A DNA stretch of 64,000 bases, taken from an uncultured delta proteobacterium (GTDB taxonomy: Bacteria > Myxococcota_A > Polyangia > Polyangiales > Polyangiaceae). Location: the NCBI GenBank assembly GCA_963850305.1, contig CAWKKR010000004.1, positions 64,001 through 128,000 of the forward strand, read 5' to 3'. The notes below the pieces were generated by a model that saw nothing but the letters and a program-made list of their open reading frames with translations, was not told the DNA's origin and did not search any database. Below are positions 1-9,134 of this stretch, in pieces (position 1 is the first letter of the stretch; each line of letters opens with the position of its first letter). Position numbers and translations under genes: made by a program.

Positions 1-543
1 GTCCGTCCCTTCGAGCACGAACCGCTTCATCCCGCCACCCCTCTCGCTCATCAACCAGTCGATGGCGGGGATCGCCTTGTTGTCGGGGACCGATCCTCCG
101 TAGAAGATGTTGCGCGAGCTCTCTTCTCCCTCGTACTCGAGCGGATAGAACAGGAGGCCATTCAGCTCCTCGAAAACCGGCAGCACCGACTTTCTCGAAA
201 CGGAGGTCCAGCATCCGAAGACGGCGGCCACCTTCTCGCGCTCGAGCAGGTCCCGCGCCTTTTCCGCGAACAGCGGCCAATTCGAAGCGGGGTCGACGAC
301 GACGGGCACGATCTGCTTTCCTAGAAGACCTCCCTTCGCGTTGAGGTCGGCCACCTGCATCAACATGAAGTTCTTCAGAATCGTCTCGCTGATCGCCATC
401 GTTCCGGAGAGCGAGTGCAAGATGCCGATCTTGATGGTGCCCTCCGCGCGGGCTACCCCCGTTCCGAAGGGGGAAAGGCCGACCAAAAGTATGGCGGCGA
501 GCCCGGTGAGTGATTGAATCCAAAGACGGCGTGACTTGTTCAT
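1..543 (-). CDS. urtA: Urea/short-chain amide ABC transporter substrate-binding protein (5' part; runs off the window edge)
   Basis: Manual reverse-strand translation from ATG at 543: MNKSRRLWIQ...(signal)...AEGTIKIGILHSLSGTMAISET...VDPASNWPLFAEKA...VFGCWTSVSRKSVLPVFEELNGLLFYP..YEGEE, the UrtA signature. Absent from the ORF track because it has no stop in the window. Confidence 0.9.
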   Translation of the reverse strand, partial: MNKSRRLWIQSLTGLAAILLVGLSPFGTGVARAEGTIKIGILHSLSGTMAISETILKNFMLMQVADLNAKGGLLGKQIVPVVVDPASNWPLFAEKARDLLEREKVAAVFGCWTSVSRKSVLPVFEELNGLLFYPLEYEGEESSRNIFYGGSVPDNKAIPAIDWLMSERGGGMKRFVLEGTD

Positions 544-734
544 CGGTGTTTCCTTTGCGAGTCTTCGACGTACGCTCAGCCGCGATGGCCTCACGCGCCG
601 CTCTCGCGGTTGCTGAGCCCGATGACTCCGATGCTATCGAGCGCGCGCCTGCCTCACCGAGAGCCAACTCGGGAATATTTGTAGGAGCCAGTCACCGCGA
701 TCGCGCGACGAGCCGAAAAGAACCGATGTTTCGC

Positions 735-827
735 GACCGCTTCGGTCTCGATCGGGGTGTCTGTTCCGTCACGGCGGAGCTCGAGGCCGGCTATGTCCAG
801 TTCGAAGCCGTCGAACGCGTACCTAAT
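735..827 (-). pseudogene. Remnant of the N-terminus of a CadC/OmpR-type winged-helix regulator
   Basis: IRYAFDGFELDIAGLELRRDGTDTPIE resembles the 'MRYRFGDFELD...ELRRDG..V.' start of these proteins. It begins with ATT, and similarity ends after about 30 codons. Confidence 0.5.
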
Positions 828-1028
828 ACGAGGGGCTACCGTCCTCTCGGGAGAAGCCGCAGCAACGGCCGCATGGCAGGCAACAATGGGTCCACCGCTA
901 CGACCCGGGTTTCGTCGTGGGGCCCGACGGTGGCGCCACTGGCGCAACCCGCCGTCTGTTGCCGCTGGCGGCAGGGAGGCGTCTGACCCGTTTGACGGAG
1001 CCGGGACGCGACGCTATCCGGGTGGACG

Positions 1029-1904
1029 ATGCCGGCTCTAGCCGTGACGACTGCGGATGGCCCCTCGCGCGATACGGGACTGTTTGGCCCGGGGAGCATG
1101 ACGTGGCGCGTCCACTCGAGTCCCGCGATGCTGGTCGGCGGAATGCGGGCGCTGATCATCCAGTCGCTCCATCCACTGGCGATGGCCGGCGTCGCGCAAC
1201 ACAGCGATTACCGGACGCGAGGAGCGTACCGGCTACGGCGCACGGTGCGCTACGTGCTGACGGTGACGTTCGGGGACACCGCGTCCGCGGAAGCCGCCGG
1301 CGCGGTCGTCCGGAAGGTTCATGAGCGCATTCACGGGACGGATCCCGTGACGGGCAGAGCTTACAGCGCGACCGACCCCGAAACCCTGCTCTGGGTCCAT
1401 TGCGTGGAAGTGCATTCGTTCCTGACGGCGTATCGCGCGTACGCCGGTCCGTTGTCGCCGGAAGAACGCGACCAGTACTTCGCGGAGAGTGCACGCTCGG
1501 CCGTCCTGGTCGGCATTCCGCGCGAGCGCGTGCCGCGCAACTCGGCCGAGATGCGCGCGTACTTCGCGCGCGTGAGGCCATCCTTGTGTCTGTCGCAGTC
1601 GGCCCTGGACGCGATCCGGTTCATCGTGTGGCCGCCTCTGTCTCGAAAGCGGCTCGCGCTCGCCGCGTGGATGCGCGCAGTGGGCACGGCTGCGGTCGGA
1701 CTGGTGCCGGCGCACCTCCGCGAGCTCGCCGGACTCACGCGCCCCTGGCTCGTCGACGCCGCGACGTTCGCGAGCGCGCGTGCGGCGACCTTGCCGGTCG
1801 CGCTGGCTCTCGGCATCCCGTCCGCAGAACACCGGAACATCGAGCGGCTGAGACGATTCGCGGGGGAACATCCGTTCGCGCAGCACCCCCACCGGGCCCC
1901 GTGA
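1029..1904 (+). CDS. MpaB/DUF2236-family oxygenase-like protein
   Basis: GLFGPGSMTWRVH, RALIIQSLHP.AMAGV, VH..I.G, YSATDPETLLWVH motifs. Confidence 0.85.
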   Translation: MPALAVTTADGPSRDTGLFGPGSMTWRVHSSPAMLVGGMRALIIQSLHPLAMAGVAQHSDYRTRGAYRLRRTVRYVLTVTFGDTASAEAAGAVVRKVHERIHGTDPVTGRAYSATDPETLLWVHCVEVHSFLTAYRAYAGPLSPEERDQYFAESARSAVLVGIPRERVPRNSAEMRAYFARVRPSLCLSQSALDAIRFIVWPPLSRKRLALAAWMRAVGTAAVGLVPAHLRELAGLTRPWLVDAATFASARAATLPVALALGIPSAEHRNIERLRRFAGEHPFAQHPHRAP

Positions 1905-2563
1905 GCCGGCGGGGCAACGCCGCGTTTCGCTGCGGGCGGTGCCGTCTGCACGGGAGCCTGTGCATCTGTGCGCTCATCCCGCGACTCGAGACGCGAACGC
2001 GGCTCGTGCTCGTCATTCATCGGTTCGAGGATCGGAAACCGACGAACACGGGGCGCCTCGCGACGGAGTGCTTGCCGAACAGCGAAGTCATCATGCGCGG
2101 CGTGGAAGCCCGCGCGCGAGAATGCTTCGTGCCTTTGACGGATTCTCTGCCGCTCCTGCTCTTCCCGTTCGGGAACGCGACGCCGATCACGCGGTTTGCA
2201 AACACCTCCGAACCGGTGACACTGGTGGTCCCCGACGGCAACTGGCGACAGGCGTCGAAGATCCCGAAGCGTGTGCCCGGCCTGCGGGACGTGCCTTGTG
2301 TGTCGCTCCCACCCGGTCCGCCGTCGCTCTACCGCCTCAGGGCCGAAGCGCACGAGACTGGACTGTCGACGCTGGAAGCCATCGCTCGCGCACTCGGTAT
2401 CCTCGAGGGCGCAGAGGTGCAGCGGGCCCTCGAACACGTGTTCCTGGCCATGGTCGAGCGCACTCTATGGGCGCGCGGCAGTGTCGCGACCGATGCCGTC
2501 ACGGGAGGCGTTCCCGACGGCGCGCGCCGACACGATCCGAGGAGCGGCCTCGCGCGGGCCTGA
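1901..2563 (+). CDS. DTW-domain tRNA-uridine aminocarboxypropyltransferase
   Basis: GTG start overlaps the upstream stop (GTGA). N-terminal CxxC...CIC, H..E..KPTNTGRL, VPDGNWRQA (DTW variant) and LSTLEA. Confidence 0.85.
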   Translation: MSRRGNAAFRCGRCRLHGSLCICALIPRLETRTRLVLVIHRFEDRKPTNTGRLATECLPNSEVIMRGVEARARECFVPLTDSLPLLLFPFGNATPITRFANTSEPVTLVVPDGNWRQASKIPKRVPGLRDVPCVSLPPGPPSLYRLRAEAHETGLSTLEAIARALGILEGAEVQRALEHVFLAMVERTLWARGSVATDAVTGGVPDGARRHDPRSGLARA

Positions 2564-2631
2564 CGGACCGCGCTCCGGTGACTCGCGGCTTGCCTCCTCG
2601 CCGTACGGACCGTAGACGGCAGCGGAGGCCG

Positions 2632-4353
2632 ATGAGCTCCCTCGCCACGTCCGTGCCGCTCGGTCTCCGGGTCCTGCTCGGAGCCATCGCGCTCACGGCA
2701 TGCGGTCATGCACGCACCCCATCGCCTACGCTAGAGGCGAAGCCGGTAACGATTTCCATCTTCGCGACCAACGACGTGCACGGACAGCTCGACAGGCTGA
2801 GGTACCTCGGCGGATTCATCGACAACCTGCGAAAGACGCGCTCGAAAGACGGCGGGGTGCTCCTGGTGGATGCCGGGGACGTGTTTCAGGGAACCCTGGA
2901 GTCGAGCCTCGACGAGGGAGCGGCCGCGATCCGCGCCTACGATGCGATGGGCTACGCCGCGATGGCGCTCGGCAATCACGAATTCGACTTCGGACCGGTC
3001 GGGCCCGCATCGATCCCCGGTCCGGGGGAGGAGCCGCACGGAGCGCTCGAGAGGCGCATCGAGGAAGCGCACTTTCCCGTCCTCTCGGCGAATCTCGAGG
3101 ATTCATCCGGCAAGCTGCCACCGTGGAAGAACCTCGCCGCGTCTACCATCGTGACCGTAGCGGGTCTCAGGATCGGCATCATCGGGCTTCTCACCGAGAC
3201 GGCGCCCCAGGTCATCAAGCGCGCCAACTTCAGCGATCTCCACGTTTCGCCTCTGACGTTCGCCGCGGCTCGCGAGGCGGTGCTGCTCCGGCACGCGGGT
3301 GTGGACCTCGTGGTCGTGGTCGCGCACGCGGGCGGCGAGTGCCGGAAGTTCGGCGACCCGAACGACCTCTCGAGCTGCGACCCCGGGAGCGAAATCTTCC
3401 GGTTTGCGCGGGCCCTGCCGAAGGGCCTCGTGAACGTCATCGTGGGCGGCCACCGCAACGCGGCCGTCGCCCAGATCGTCGCGGGGATTCCAATCGTCCA
3501 CGCCGCGTCGAACCTGCTCGGCTTCTCGCGAGTCGACGTGTCGTTCGACGCGAAGACACGTCGCGTGATCCGCTTCGACGTGAAGGCACCGCACCCCGTC
3601 TGCACCGTCCCGGTCGAAGCCGGCTGCGCGCCGGGGGACTACGAGGGAGGGCCCGTGACCCCGGACGCGGCCGTCGGCGCAGCCGTCGCACCGGCGCTCG
3701 ACGCCGCGCGCGCTCTCAAGGAACGGAAGCTCGGCGTCAGGGTCCTCGCTCCGCTTTCGGCGGCGCGCAAGGAAGAGACCGCACTCGGAAATGCATTCGC
3801 CGACTCGATGCGCCGGGCCGTCCCGGGCGCCGATGTCGCGATCAACAACGCCGGAAGCCTGCGTGACACGCTACCCGCCGGCGAACTCACGTACGGCGAA
3901 CTCGCGCACGTGATGCCATTCGACAACCAGATGGCGCGAGTGACGGTCACGGGGGCCGAGCTGCGGGCGATCATCGGAGCGAACCTGACGGACGGAGAGC
4001 ATGGTCTGCTTTCGATATCGGGGGCCACCATCGACGCCCGATGTCGCGGGGGCCACCTCGACGTCGAGGTGAAGCATCCCGACGGCAGGGCGATCCTCGA
4101 TGACCAGCACTTGCTTCTGGTCGCGAGCGACTTCATGGCGACGGGCGGCGACGGCCTGTTCGCGGCGGCGCACGTTGCGCCAGAGCGCGCGCAACTCGAC
4201 TCGAAGACCACCGTCATCGCCGCCCTCGTCGCCGGACTCGAGCAGCACGCCACCCTCCGCCCCGACGATCCGACCCTCCTCGATCCGAAGCACCCGCGCA
4301 TGGGGTACTCCCGGCCGTTTCCGGTGCGGTGTGGACCCAGGTCCGTCAAATGA
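2632..4353 (+). CDS. Bifunctional metallophosphatase/5'-nucleotidase lipoprotein
   Basis: Lipobox ALTAC; TNDVHG, DAGD, GNHEFD, GGH motifs; C-terminal N.GSLR...PFDN...GGDG. Confidence 0.9.
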   Translation: MSSLATSVPLGLRVLLGAIALTACGHARTPSPTLEAKPVTISIFATNDVHGQLDRLRYLGGFIDNLRKTRSKDGGVLLVDAGDVFQGTLESSLDEGAAAIRAYDAMGYAAMALGNHEFDFGPVGPASIPGPGEEPHGALERRIEEAHFPVLSANLEDSSGKLPPWKNLAASTIVTVAGLRIGIIGLLTETAPQVIKRANFSDLHVSPLTFAAAREAVLLRHAGVDLVVVVAHAGGECRKFGDPNDLSSCDPGSEIFRFARALPKGLVNVIVGGHRNAAVAQIVAGIPIVHAASNLLGFSRVDVSFDAKTRRVIRFDVKAPHPVCTVPVEAGCAPGDYEGGPVTPDAAVGAAVAPALDAARALKERKLGVRVLAPLSAARKEETALGNAFADSMRRAVPGADVAINNAGSLRDTLPAGELTYGELAHVMPFDNQMARVTVTGAELRAIIGANLTDGEHGLLSISGATIDARCRGGHLDVEVKHPDGRAILDDQHLLLVASDFMATGGDGLFAAAHVAPERAQLDSKTTVIAALVAGLEQHATLRPDDPTLLDPKHPRMGYSRPFPVRCGPRSVK

Positions 4354-4724
4354 AGCGGTACCGGACCCCGATTAACTCATACGTCCGTCTCGCCCGCTGA
4401 TCGCAAGTGGCCAGGGTGGCGCCGGCGTGAGCCGCCGCAGCAGCGACGAGGCCGTCGTACGTGGCTCCGCCCGAAATGCCGGCCTCTGCCAGCCGGGACA
4501 CGAGTGCAGGGCACGACCGGGAAGGAAGCGAGAGCCATCCGTCCGGAAATCGGTTCGCGAGAAACGCGGCGACAATGTCGCTCGGGGCTCGATGGGGGGC
4601 CGGCAGCCGAGTGAGGACGGAATAGCATTCGAGGCCGCAGTGCGCGACGAGGCGCGCGCCATCATCGACGACGGTACGCGCGGCGGCGTGTCGTTCGTGC
4701 CAGCAACCGAACCCGGGATCAAAT
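4346..4724 (-). pseudogene. N-terminally truncated PIN-domain (VapC-like) toxin
   Basis: GF..WHERH.AAR, ECYSVLTRLP.PHR, GISGGATYDGLV, LATCD.RA..TY. The N-terminal 'DTS' strand and a start codon are missing; the frame runs into the upstream gene. Confidence 0.7.
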
Positions 4725-5114
4725 GAACCGCGCGCGTATGTCCGGAGTCGGGACGCGGCAGATGTCGCGTTTGCCGAACCACCTGTATCGATTCGCCGCG
4801 AACCACCGATAGAGCGCGTTCCGGACCGGCCGGGGAACGATGACGGCGGCGCAGATGAGCGGCCAGGCGCCGCGGAGACCCCTGGCGATCCGGAGGACCG
4901 CGGTGCTCTCCGTGAACGCCCGATCTCGCTCGACGAGCACGATGGTGCCGACATCGCTCGAGAGCCCGTGGCGGGCGCAGAGCGCCTGACCGGCGTCGGA
5001 CTGGAGCGACGCGAACTTGAACCGAGAGACCGGGTCGCGATCGATGATGAAGTTCACCGCACCGTTGCAGACGTTGCAGACGCCGTCGAAAAGCACGATG
5101 AACGGCTCGCTCAT
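4719..5114 (-). CDS. DCC1-like thiol-disulfide oxidoreductase (YuxK family)
   Basis: VLFDGVCNVCNGAVNFII.RD, FASLQS, RYRWFGK...C. Confidence 0.9.
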   Translation of the reverse strand: MSEPFIVLFDGVCNVCNGAVNFIIDRDPVSRFKFASLQSDAGQALCARHGLSSDVGTIVLVERDRAFTESTAVLRIARGLRGAWPLICAAVIVPRPVRNALYRWFAANRYRWFGKRDICRVPTPDIRARFI

Positions 5115-5203
5115 GGGCTCGCGACGCTTACCACGCCCATCCACGTGGCGCGCGTTGACTCGGCGAGCCGGTTGAACGAGAAGTCGCGGGCCCGGGAAAG
5201 ACC

Positions 5204-6091
5204 ATGCCGCACCTTCTTGGCCCGGTCGTCGCGTTCGGAGCCTCGGTTTCCTGGGCGTACGCTTCGGTCCGGTACGCTCACGTGTCGCGCGACGCGGGGT
5301 CCGTGCGCATCAACTTCGCACGAGCGGCAACCGCGTTCCCCATCTTCGCGACGATCGTGGCGTGGACGCGCTGGGGGACCTCGTTCGAGGGGGTGACGAC
5401 CACGGGGTGCGCCATTCTCCTGGTCTCGGTGCTCGGGTCGTATGCAATGGCGGACTCGCTCTTCTTCACGGCGGCTCGCCGGATCGGCGTGACCACGGCC
5501 TCCTCGATAGCGTCCCTCTACCCGCTGTGGGCCGCGCTTTACGGCGCGCTCGTCGAAGGCGAGCCGTTCGGCATCGCGCGGGGCATCGGCACCCTGCTCG
5601 CCGTCGGCGGGATCGTCTGGCTCGTACGCCTCGCAGGCGGTGACGATCCCGGGTTTCGCGGCCGTCGCGACATGGGTGGTTTCCTGCTCGCGGGCGTCAC
5701 CTCGTTGCTCTGGGCCGCCAACACGGCGGCGGTGAAGCGCGGCGCCGTCGGCCTCGACATCCCGCAGGTCTCCGCGATCCGGTACGGCATGGCGTTCGTG
5801 CTCCTCTTGCCGCAACTCTACCGGACGCGCGAGTCGACTCTGCGGCTCCGGACCTGGTTCGAGCTGCTTCCGGCACTCCTGGTGGACACGGTCCTCGGTT
5901 CCACCTGCTACGTCTATGGGCTGTCGAACACGGATCTGGCCGTGGGTGCGACGATGACGTCCCTTGCTCCGCTCATCTCCGTCCCGGTCGCGGTGGCCCT
6001 CGGGGAAGAAACCTGGAGCGTGCGACGTCTCGGCGCGATCGCGACGACCGTCGGCGGCATCGTGCTCCTCGTCACCAGCGGTCGGACCTGA
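5204..6091 (+). CDS. DMT/EamA-family transporter
   Basis: About 10 hydrophobic segments in two repeats; YPLWAAL..GE and PLISVP..LGEE. Confidence 0.8.
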   Translation: MPHLLGPVVAFGASVSWAYASVRYAHVSRDAGSVRINFARAATAFPIFATIVAWTRWGTSFEGVTTTGCAILLVSVLGSYAMADSLFFTAARRIGVTTASSIASLYPLWAALYGALVEGEPFGIARGIGTLLAVGGIVWLVRLAGGDDPGFRGRRDMGGFLLAGVTSLLWAANTAAVKRGAVGLDIPQVSAIRYGMAFVLLLPQLYRTRESTLRLRTWFELLPALLVDTVLGSTCYVYGLSNTDLAVGATMTSLAPLISVPVAVALGEETWSVRRLGAIATTVGGIVLLVTSGRT

Positions 6092-6092
6092 G

Positions 6093-6599
6093 TCAGTCGG
6101 AGGGCGCCTTCGCGCCGACGCGTTCCTCGATGGCACGGCGAAGCGGGGGGAACAGGTTCCGCTGGAGCGCGGCCTCCGGGGATACCCAGGACGCCTCGAT
6201 GACCTCGCGATGATCGATGTGAATGTCGGGGCGCGACGGGATGTCGAGGGTGAAGATCTCGACGTGATCGTGCTTGCCCTCCCACTCGTGAGTCACGTCG
6301 ACGGCCAGCGTCAAGGCATCGGGCGCCACGGCGAGCCCGATTTCTTCGCGCAGCTCGCGGATCGCCGCTTCCCGGCTCGCCTCCGCGGACTGAACGTAAC
6401 CGCCCGGCAGACTATAATAGGGAACATAGGAGTTACGGACGATCAGCACCTCCCCTTGGTTCCAGAGAGCCACGAGGGCACCGTGTGTCGTCGGGCGACG
6501 CATTCGCCAGTACGTTCGCATGAGCTGATACGCGCATGCGTACGCGACTTGAAAGCCACGATCGAGCACCGTCGGGTGCGCCCCGCCATCTTTGGCCAT
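6093..6599 (-). CDS. NUDIX hydrolase
   Basis: Nudix box LPGG.....E....AAIRELREEIG. Confidence 0.9.
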   Translation of the reverse strand: MAKDGGAHPTVLDRGFQVAYACAYQLMRTYWRMRRPTTHGALVALWNQGEVLIVRNSYVPYYSLPGGYVQSAEASREAAIRELREEIGLAVAPDALTLAVDVTHEWEGKHDHVEIFTLDIPSRPDIHIDHREVIEASWVSPEAALQRNLFPPLRRAIEERVGAKAPSD

Positions 6600-6721
6600 C
6601 GAACGGCGACTCTACTCCCAGTCGCAGCCCTCCCGCCAAAAAGGACGGCGCCCCCGCAATCGAACGACCGTCCGAACGAGGCCCGTAGCAGCGTCGGTTC
6701 GAGCATGGTATCGGCCGCGAT

Positions 6722-8071
6722 ATGAGCCGCATTTACCGCTCGCTTCCGCCGGAGGGGACTCGACTCGGCATCGCCTTTTCGGGGGGTCTGGACACCCGCT
6801 GCGCGGTCGCGTGGCTATCGCGACAGGGTATGCAAGTGTACGCTTATACGGCGGATCTGGCGCAGCCTGACGAGAGGGATCCAGCCGCGATTCCGCCCAT
6901 CGCACTCGCCCACGGCGCGGCCCACGCGCGGCTCGTCGATTGTCGCGAAACCCTGTCTCGCGAAGGGATCATCGCCATCCAGTGTGGGGCGTTCCACCTG
7001 TCCACCGGCGGAAAAAAGTACTTCAACACGACGCCGCTCGGGCGAGCCGTGACCGCGACGTCGATCATCCGGGCGATGCGGGAAGACGGGGTCGACGTCT
7101 TCGGCGACGGAAGTACCCACAAGGGCAACGACATCCAGCGCTTCTATCGATACGGGATCCTCACGAACCCGGCGCTCCGTATCTACAAGCCGTGGCTCGA
7201 CCAGAAATTCGTCGACGCTTTCGGCGGCAGAAAAGAGATGAGCGAGTACCTCGAGAGCGTGAAGCTCCCCTACACGATGTCGAAGGAAAAGGCGTACAGC
7301 ACGGACGCGAACGTGCTGGGCGCCACGCACGAGGCCAAGGACCTCGAGCACCTCGACCGGGGCCTACACCTCGTCGAACCGATCATGGGGGTTTCGCACT
7401 GGAAGAAGGGCGTCGATGTCGCGCCCGAGACCGTCGCCGTCGAATTTGCCGGCGGACTCCCGGTGGCCGTCGGCGGGAAGCGCTGCGCGTCTCTCATCGA
7501 CGTGATGCTCGAGGCGAACCGGATCGGGGGCCGTCACGGCCTCGGCATGAGCGATCAGATCGAGAACCGCGTGATCGACGCGAAGAGCCGCGGCATCTAC
7601 GAGGCTCCCGGCATGGCGCTCTTGCACGTCGCCTACGAGCGACTCCTGTCCGCGATCCACAATGAAAACACCCTTGACCTCTACTTCTCCCTGGGACGCC
7701 GTCTCGGGCGGTTCCTCTACGAGGGCAAATGGTTCGACGCGGAGGCGATGCTGCTGAAGGACGCGCTCACCCGCTGGGTCGCGCCGAGCGTGACGGGCAC
7801 CGTGACGCTCGAACTCCGTCGGGGCGACGACTATTCGATCCTGGATACCAGGGCAGAGCACATGGCGTACGCCCCTGAAAAGCTCTCCATGGAGCGAGTG
7901 GAAGACGCCGCCTTCTCGCCCGGCGATCGCATCGGCGCTCTCGAAATGCAAAATCTGTCGATCACCGACAACCGCGCGTTCCTGCTTCACCACCTCGACG
8001 CCATGTCGCGTCTCGGCGGCGGCGCAAACGACTTGCCGGAGTTGCTTGGAACCGAAAAGAAGAAGAGCTGA
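6722..8071 (+). CDS. argG: Argininosuccinate synthase (E. coli-type subfamily)
   Basis: [43 protein letters not shown]. Confidence 0.97.
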   Translation: MSRIYRSLPPEGTRLGIAFSGGLDTRCAVAWLSRQGMQVYAYTADLAQPDERDPAAIPPIALAHGAAHARLVDCRETLSREGIIAIQCGAFHLSTGGKKYFNTTPLGRAVTATSIIRAMREDGVDVFGDGSTHKGNDIQRFYRYGILTNPALRIYKPWLDQKFVDAFGGRKEMSEYLESVKLPYTMSKEKAYSTDANVLGATHEAKDLEHLDRGLHLVEPIMGVSHWKKGVDVAPETVAVEFAGGLPVAVGGKRCASLIDVMLEANRIGGRHGLGMSDQIENRVIDAKSRGIYEAPGMALLHVAYERLLSAIHNENTLDLYFSLGRRLGRFLYEGKWFDAEAMLLKDALTRWVAPSVTGTVTLELRRGDDYSILDTRAEHMAYAPEKLSMERVEDAAFSPGDRIGALEMQNLSITDNRAFLLHHLDAMSRLGGGANDLPELLGTEKKKS

Positions 8072-8950
8072 TCACCTTCGGCTGAAGAACACTTCACGTC
8101 CGCCGAGCGCGGCCCCCGCGACCAGGCCGCCCAGATGGGCGAAGTTCGCAACCGGACCCAGCGTGCCGGTGAACCCGAGGACCAGCCACACCATCAGCAC
8201 GATAACCGTCGAGCCGCGCAGGGCGAAGCCCAGCGTGCCGTCGAAGCGCCCCCGGACCCAGACGTAGCCGAAGAGCGCGTAGAGAACGCCGGACATGCCG
8301 CCGAAGGCCGGACTTCCGGTGACGACGTATTGAGTGATGTTCGAAAGAATCGCCGATACGAGAACGATGACGGAGTAGTGAGTCGCGCCGATCCGGCGCT
8401 CCAGGATGGTGCCCAGATCGAGCAGCATCCACATGTTGAAGAGGATGTGGAGGAGCCCAAAATGAAGAAAGATGGGCGTGACGAGCCGCCACACCTCACC
8501 TCGTTCCACGCGCAGAAACAGGTGTTGCCCCTCGCCGGTGCCGATCGACAGGGCGTTGATGACGGCTTCCCCGGGCCCCAATGAAATGGACAGGGTGACG
8601 AGGACGCTCACCACGAGCAGAAAGAGCGTCACGGTCGGCGGACCCGATCGCGCCCCGGCCCACCGGCGCCGCACGTCGATAACCTCGTGGCGCGACGGGC
8701 GCTGGCGAGCTTGGAGTCTCTGCTTCCGCTCGAGGCACCCGGCGGCGGCGAGGTGATCGGGCGCGTCGGGCACGGCATCGAACGCCGCCCACGCGGCGCG
8801 TGAGGCCTCCACGTCGCGCTCGTCGAGGACCCAGACGCCGTAGCTCCCCGAACGTCCCCGCGAGATCTCGGTCTCGATCTCTCGAGAACACAGCACGTCC
8901 GCGAACGACCTGGCCGTCCGCTCGTCGTCGAAGGTCGCGATTTCGCGCAT
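8072..8950 (-). CDS. glpG: Rhomboid intramembrane serine protease (GlpG-like)
   Basis: WRLVTP.FLHFG..HILFN, GMSGV (catalytic Ser), AN.AHLGG (catalytic His). Confidence 0.9.
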   Translation of the reverse strand: MREIATFDDERTARSFADVLCSREIETEISRGRSGSYGVWVLDERDVEASRAAWAAFDAVPDAPDHLAAAGCLERKQRLQARQRPSRHEVIDVRRRWAGARSGPPTVTLFLLVVSVLVTLSISLGPGEAVINALSIGTGEGQHLFLRVERGEVWRLVTPIFLHFGLLHILFNMWMLLDLGTILERRIGATHYSVIVLVSAILSNITQYVVTGSPAFGGMSGVLYALFGYVWVRGRFDGTLGFALRGSTVIVLMVWLVLGFTGTLGPVANFAHLGGLVAGAALGGREVFFSRR

Positions 8951-9134
8951 CAGGAGAGCCGTCTATAGCGCCACTTCGGAGTCCGGAGGACCCCTTTACC
9001 ACGGGCAGAGAGCCGACCGCTCGTCGCGGCGCCGCCAGGCGAGAGAGCCGATCGGTCCTTGCACCGCCGCTCCGCGACGGAAATCGTGATATTCGTTTGC
9101 ACGACATCCCGTCGTCAGGGACGCTCGGCGCGCC

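Noticed and set aside
1939..2631. ORF-track N-terminal extensions (also 1400-1900, 37211-37540, 60298-60507)
   Set aside because: They overlap real neighbouring genes, and the downstream starts match family N-termini.
8954..9050. Three GAGAGCCG copies upstream of purL; possible ZTP riboswitch
   Set aside because: Spacing is irregular, the word is short and GC-rich, and I could not find the riboswitch consensus.
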